A stretch of 64,000 nucleotides of DNA, taken from positions 260,713 to 324,712 of the forward strand of contig CM119270.1 in assembly GCA_051294375.1 (NCBI GenBank), given 5' to 3'. The notes under the pieces were generated by a model. The model saw nothing but the letters and a program-made list of their open reading frames with translations, had not been told where the DNA came from and made no database searches. A program made the position numbers and the translations under genes. Positions 61,488 to 64,000 of the stretch are shown in pieces (the stretch's first letter is position 1; every line of letters begins with the position of its first letter). The stretch is from Paraspadella gotoi. Its lineage: Eukaryota > Animalia > Chaetognatha.

Positions 61488-63249
61488 AATTTAATCAGAT
61501 TTTATTTAGATCAGTTTCTCAGTTACTTTTGAATTTGACACGGTATTCAGTGCAGTGCACAGCAACCATCGAGAGGAAAAGGGACCTAATTTCCAAAAGT
61601 GTCCAATTTCTGTTTCAAATTTAAAAACTAATCGTAATTTTTTTTTTTTTTAAAGTTTAATCCAATCATTAACCTTAATCTCTGACCTTAACCTATCTTT
61701 AATTCTAATCTTTATTCATTAATACAAATCTTTAACTAAAATTAACTAATTAACCCTAATCATTACCAATATTCTTTACTTTAGCCTGTCTTATAATCGA
61801 TATTTTAATTTGAATTTAAGCTGAAAAGGGGTCCTTTTGGAAAAGAAGGCAATTTAATTACCGTTCAATTACGTCATTATGTTATACTGGATAAATATAT
61901 ACTATCTGACTGTTTACTATTAAACGGTTACTTTCAGATGAAATTGAGTCTAATTTGCCGTTTATAAATTGTAAGATGTCAAATGTCAAGTTGCAATAAT
62001 TAAATGTCAAATAAGAAAATACAACTTGAACAGGATCGTAAAATCATTCAAAGTTAAATATATTACGTTATTTGAATTAAATCTAGTTAATATTTTTTAA
62101 TGAAGTTTCTTACATTTGAATTTAAAAAAATAATTAGAAAGATTTGTATTTGGGATATGAAATAATATTTTGAAAAGTTTGAAATTAGATTCGACAACGA
62201 TTTTATTTTTTACATAGAAAAAACCGGACATGTTTCGGCTTTCAGTGCAAATTTGTTTTTTTTATATAAAATTAGAATTGGAATTATTTAATCAACGTAT
62301 CGACACCGCCGCCGTTGCAGCTGTTACTTATCATGACCTTTAATTGTCACTTCGAAATGTAGTAGTAAGGGCCTTTTTATTTTAGCTTGGGGCGTTTTCT
62401 TTTTGTTTTTTATTACTAATCTCATTTATGTTTCTTATGTCGCTTTCAACTTAAAACTCCTTCAAAATCTTTTGTTTATGAAGTTTCTGATACTCGACGT
62501 CAGTTGTCGCTTCATTTCGAGGAATTAAAAAAAGGCAAACATTTTCTTCAACTTTAAAAAGTATAGATATTCGGCCTTTATAACTCACTTTATAAATGAG
62601 TAAGAAAGATAAAAATCCTCTGAAGGTGAGGCTTGCCTAAGTGCCTTACCATTTATCTCGTCTCGTCATAGGACGTAGCTGATGCTGCGTCTGAATCGGC
62701 TGCGGATGCAGGGGCGAGCAGAGTTAGTCTGGGACGAAAGAAGCGCGAATTGACGGAAGCAGCTAAAACCCGGTCCGACATTTCATTAGGAAATTGAAAG
62801 AAGAATAATGAAAGAAAAAGAAATTTTGAATGAATTTAACATTCATAATTAGTATTAACCAAGCGCTCGTATTACACTTGTATAATAAAGTATTTTTGAC
62901 ATTACTAACTCTTGTACGTCATTTTGGCATTTTGCTCAAGAATAGAAAAAGACTTAGCATTAACATTATCGAGCATCCTCTTTTCCTACCCAATGGTTTC
63001 GGGTTCGCGCCCCATTAGTGTCAATGTTACTAATCGGGTTTGAACTTTTAACCTGCCTGTAGTTGAGGATTACAGTTCTGCAGTTATTGGCCGCTGTTCG
63101 TCCAGTAAGGAGCTATACATTTTAAGTAATAAGGTAAATCAAAGGTAATGCAGTAATTCATACTTTACTTTATTTTATATCACAACTGAATTATTCAAAA
63201 TAAAAGAGGCAATAATTACAAGGAGTCCTGTTACGTGACAAGGGGAGCC

Positions 63250-63545
63250 TTCACGTGATTGGCGGCGTCTGTCACGTGACTATAGGCGCCATCACCCGAT
63301 GGGCGGCGTCTGTCACGTGACTAGGTGGCGCCCTCACCCGCGATGGGCGGACTCTGTCATCGTGACTAGTGGCGCCATCACCGATGGGCGGCGTCTGTGT
63401 CACGTGACTAAGTGGCGCCATCACCCGATGGGCGGCGTCTGTCACGTGACTAGTGGACGCCATCACCCGATGGGAGGCGTCTGTCACGTGACTAGTGGCG
63501 CCATCACCGATGGGCGGCGTCTGTCACGTGACTAGTGGCGCCTAC
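63250..63545. repeat. ~41-bp GC-rich minisatellite, each unit with palindromic GTCACGTGAC
   Basis: Unit GGGCGGCGTCTGTCACGTGACTAGTGGCGCCATCACCCGAT, about 7 copies. Confidence 0.95.
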
Positions 63546-64000
63546 GGCTAACGCGAATTTTTTCCTTTTGATCGGATTCAACGACTCGAGGTTCGCCTTT
63601 CGGAGGTTGAAATTCAATCCCAATGAGGAGAGAGCGACATGAGATGAGAGAGAGAGAGAGAGAGAGAAGACGAGAGAGGAGAGAGAGAGAGACGGTGTAC
63701 GTCCTCGCCATAAATTTGTATCTAGTTTCACTAAGAACAATATAGTTTTTTGTGAGGAATTATGTGTGAGAGACTTTCTTGGAGACGATGATAACGACAA
63801 CAACAAGAATAGAATAGAGATGACATGGACGAAAAAAAATTAACAACAACAAACTAGAGGGAAGTTATGAGCGATCTCTCTCTCTCTCTCTCTCTCTCTC
63901 TAGGAGGAGAGAGGGAAAGTGAAGGAAAAGAAAGCGAAGAAGGAAGAAGAAGAAGAAAGGAGGAAGTGAGATAAGAAGGAATGAGAGGTTTTTTTTAGTA

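Noticed and set aside
58900-62790. Possible minus-strand exons (~59075-59160, 59925-60023, 62648-62785)
   Set aside because: No consistent reading frame or recognisable homology could be assembled.

Overview
AT-rich, microsatellite-rich metazoan (invertebrate-like) genomic scaffold with N gaps and patches of indel-rich, low-quality sequence. Bases 1-25.3 kb are a mosaic of 2-3 near-duplicate blocks, probably partly an assembly artefact. They contain a 16-bp satellite in inverted arrays and fragments of an unidentified gene. The rest holds spliced genes that I could reconstruct by hand: an SLC16/MCT-type MFS transporter (-), endosulfine/ARPP19 (+), UHRF1 (-, 9 exons: UBL-TTD-PHD-SRA-RING), a LamG/pentraxin-like gene nested antisense in UHRF1 intron 4 (+), and an NPDC1/cab-1 homologue (-). 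The main finding is three different short interspersed repeat families (A, B, C) with one shared design: a tRNA-like Pol III head followed directly by a circularly permuted (P5-type) twister-ribozyme fold. Their helices and T1 pseudoknot co-vary between families and copies, and family C occurs as a head-to-tail tandem. This looks like a twister-based retrozyme/SINE system. There is also a 5x69-bp array of CCA-bearing tRNA-Leu 3' halves. All structures and gene models were read by eye, and no searches were run.
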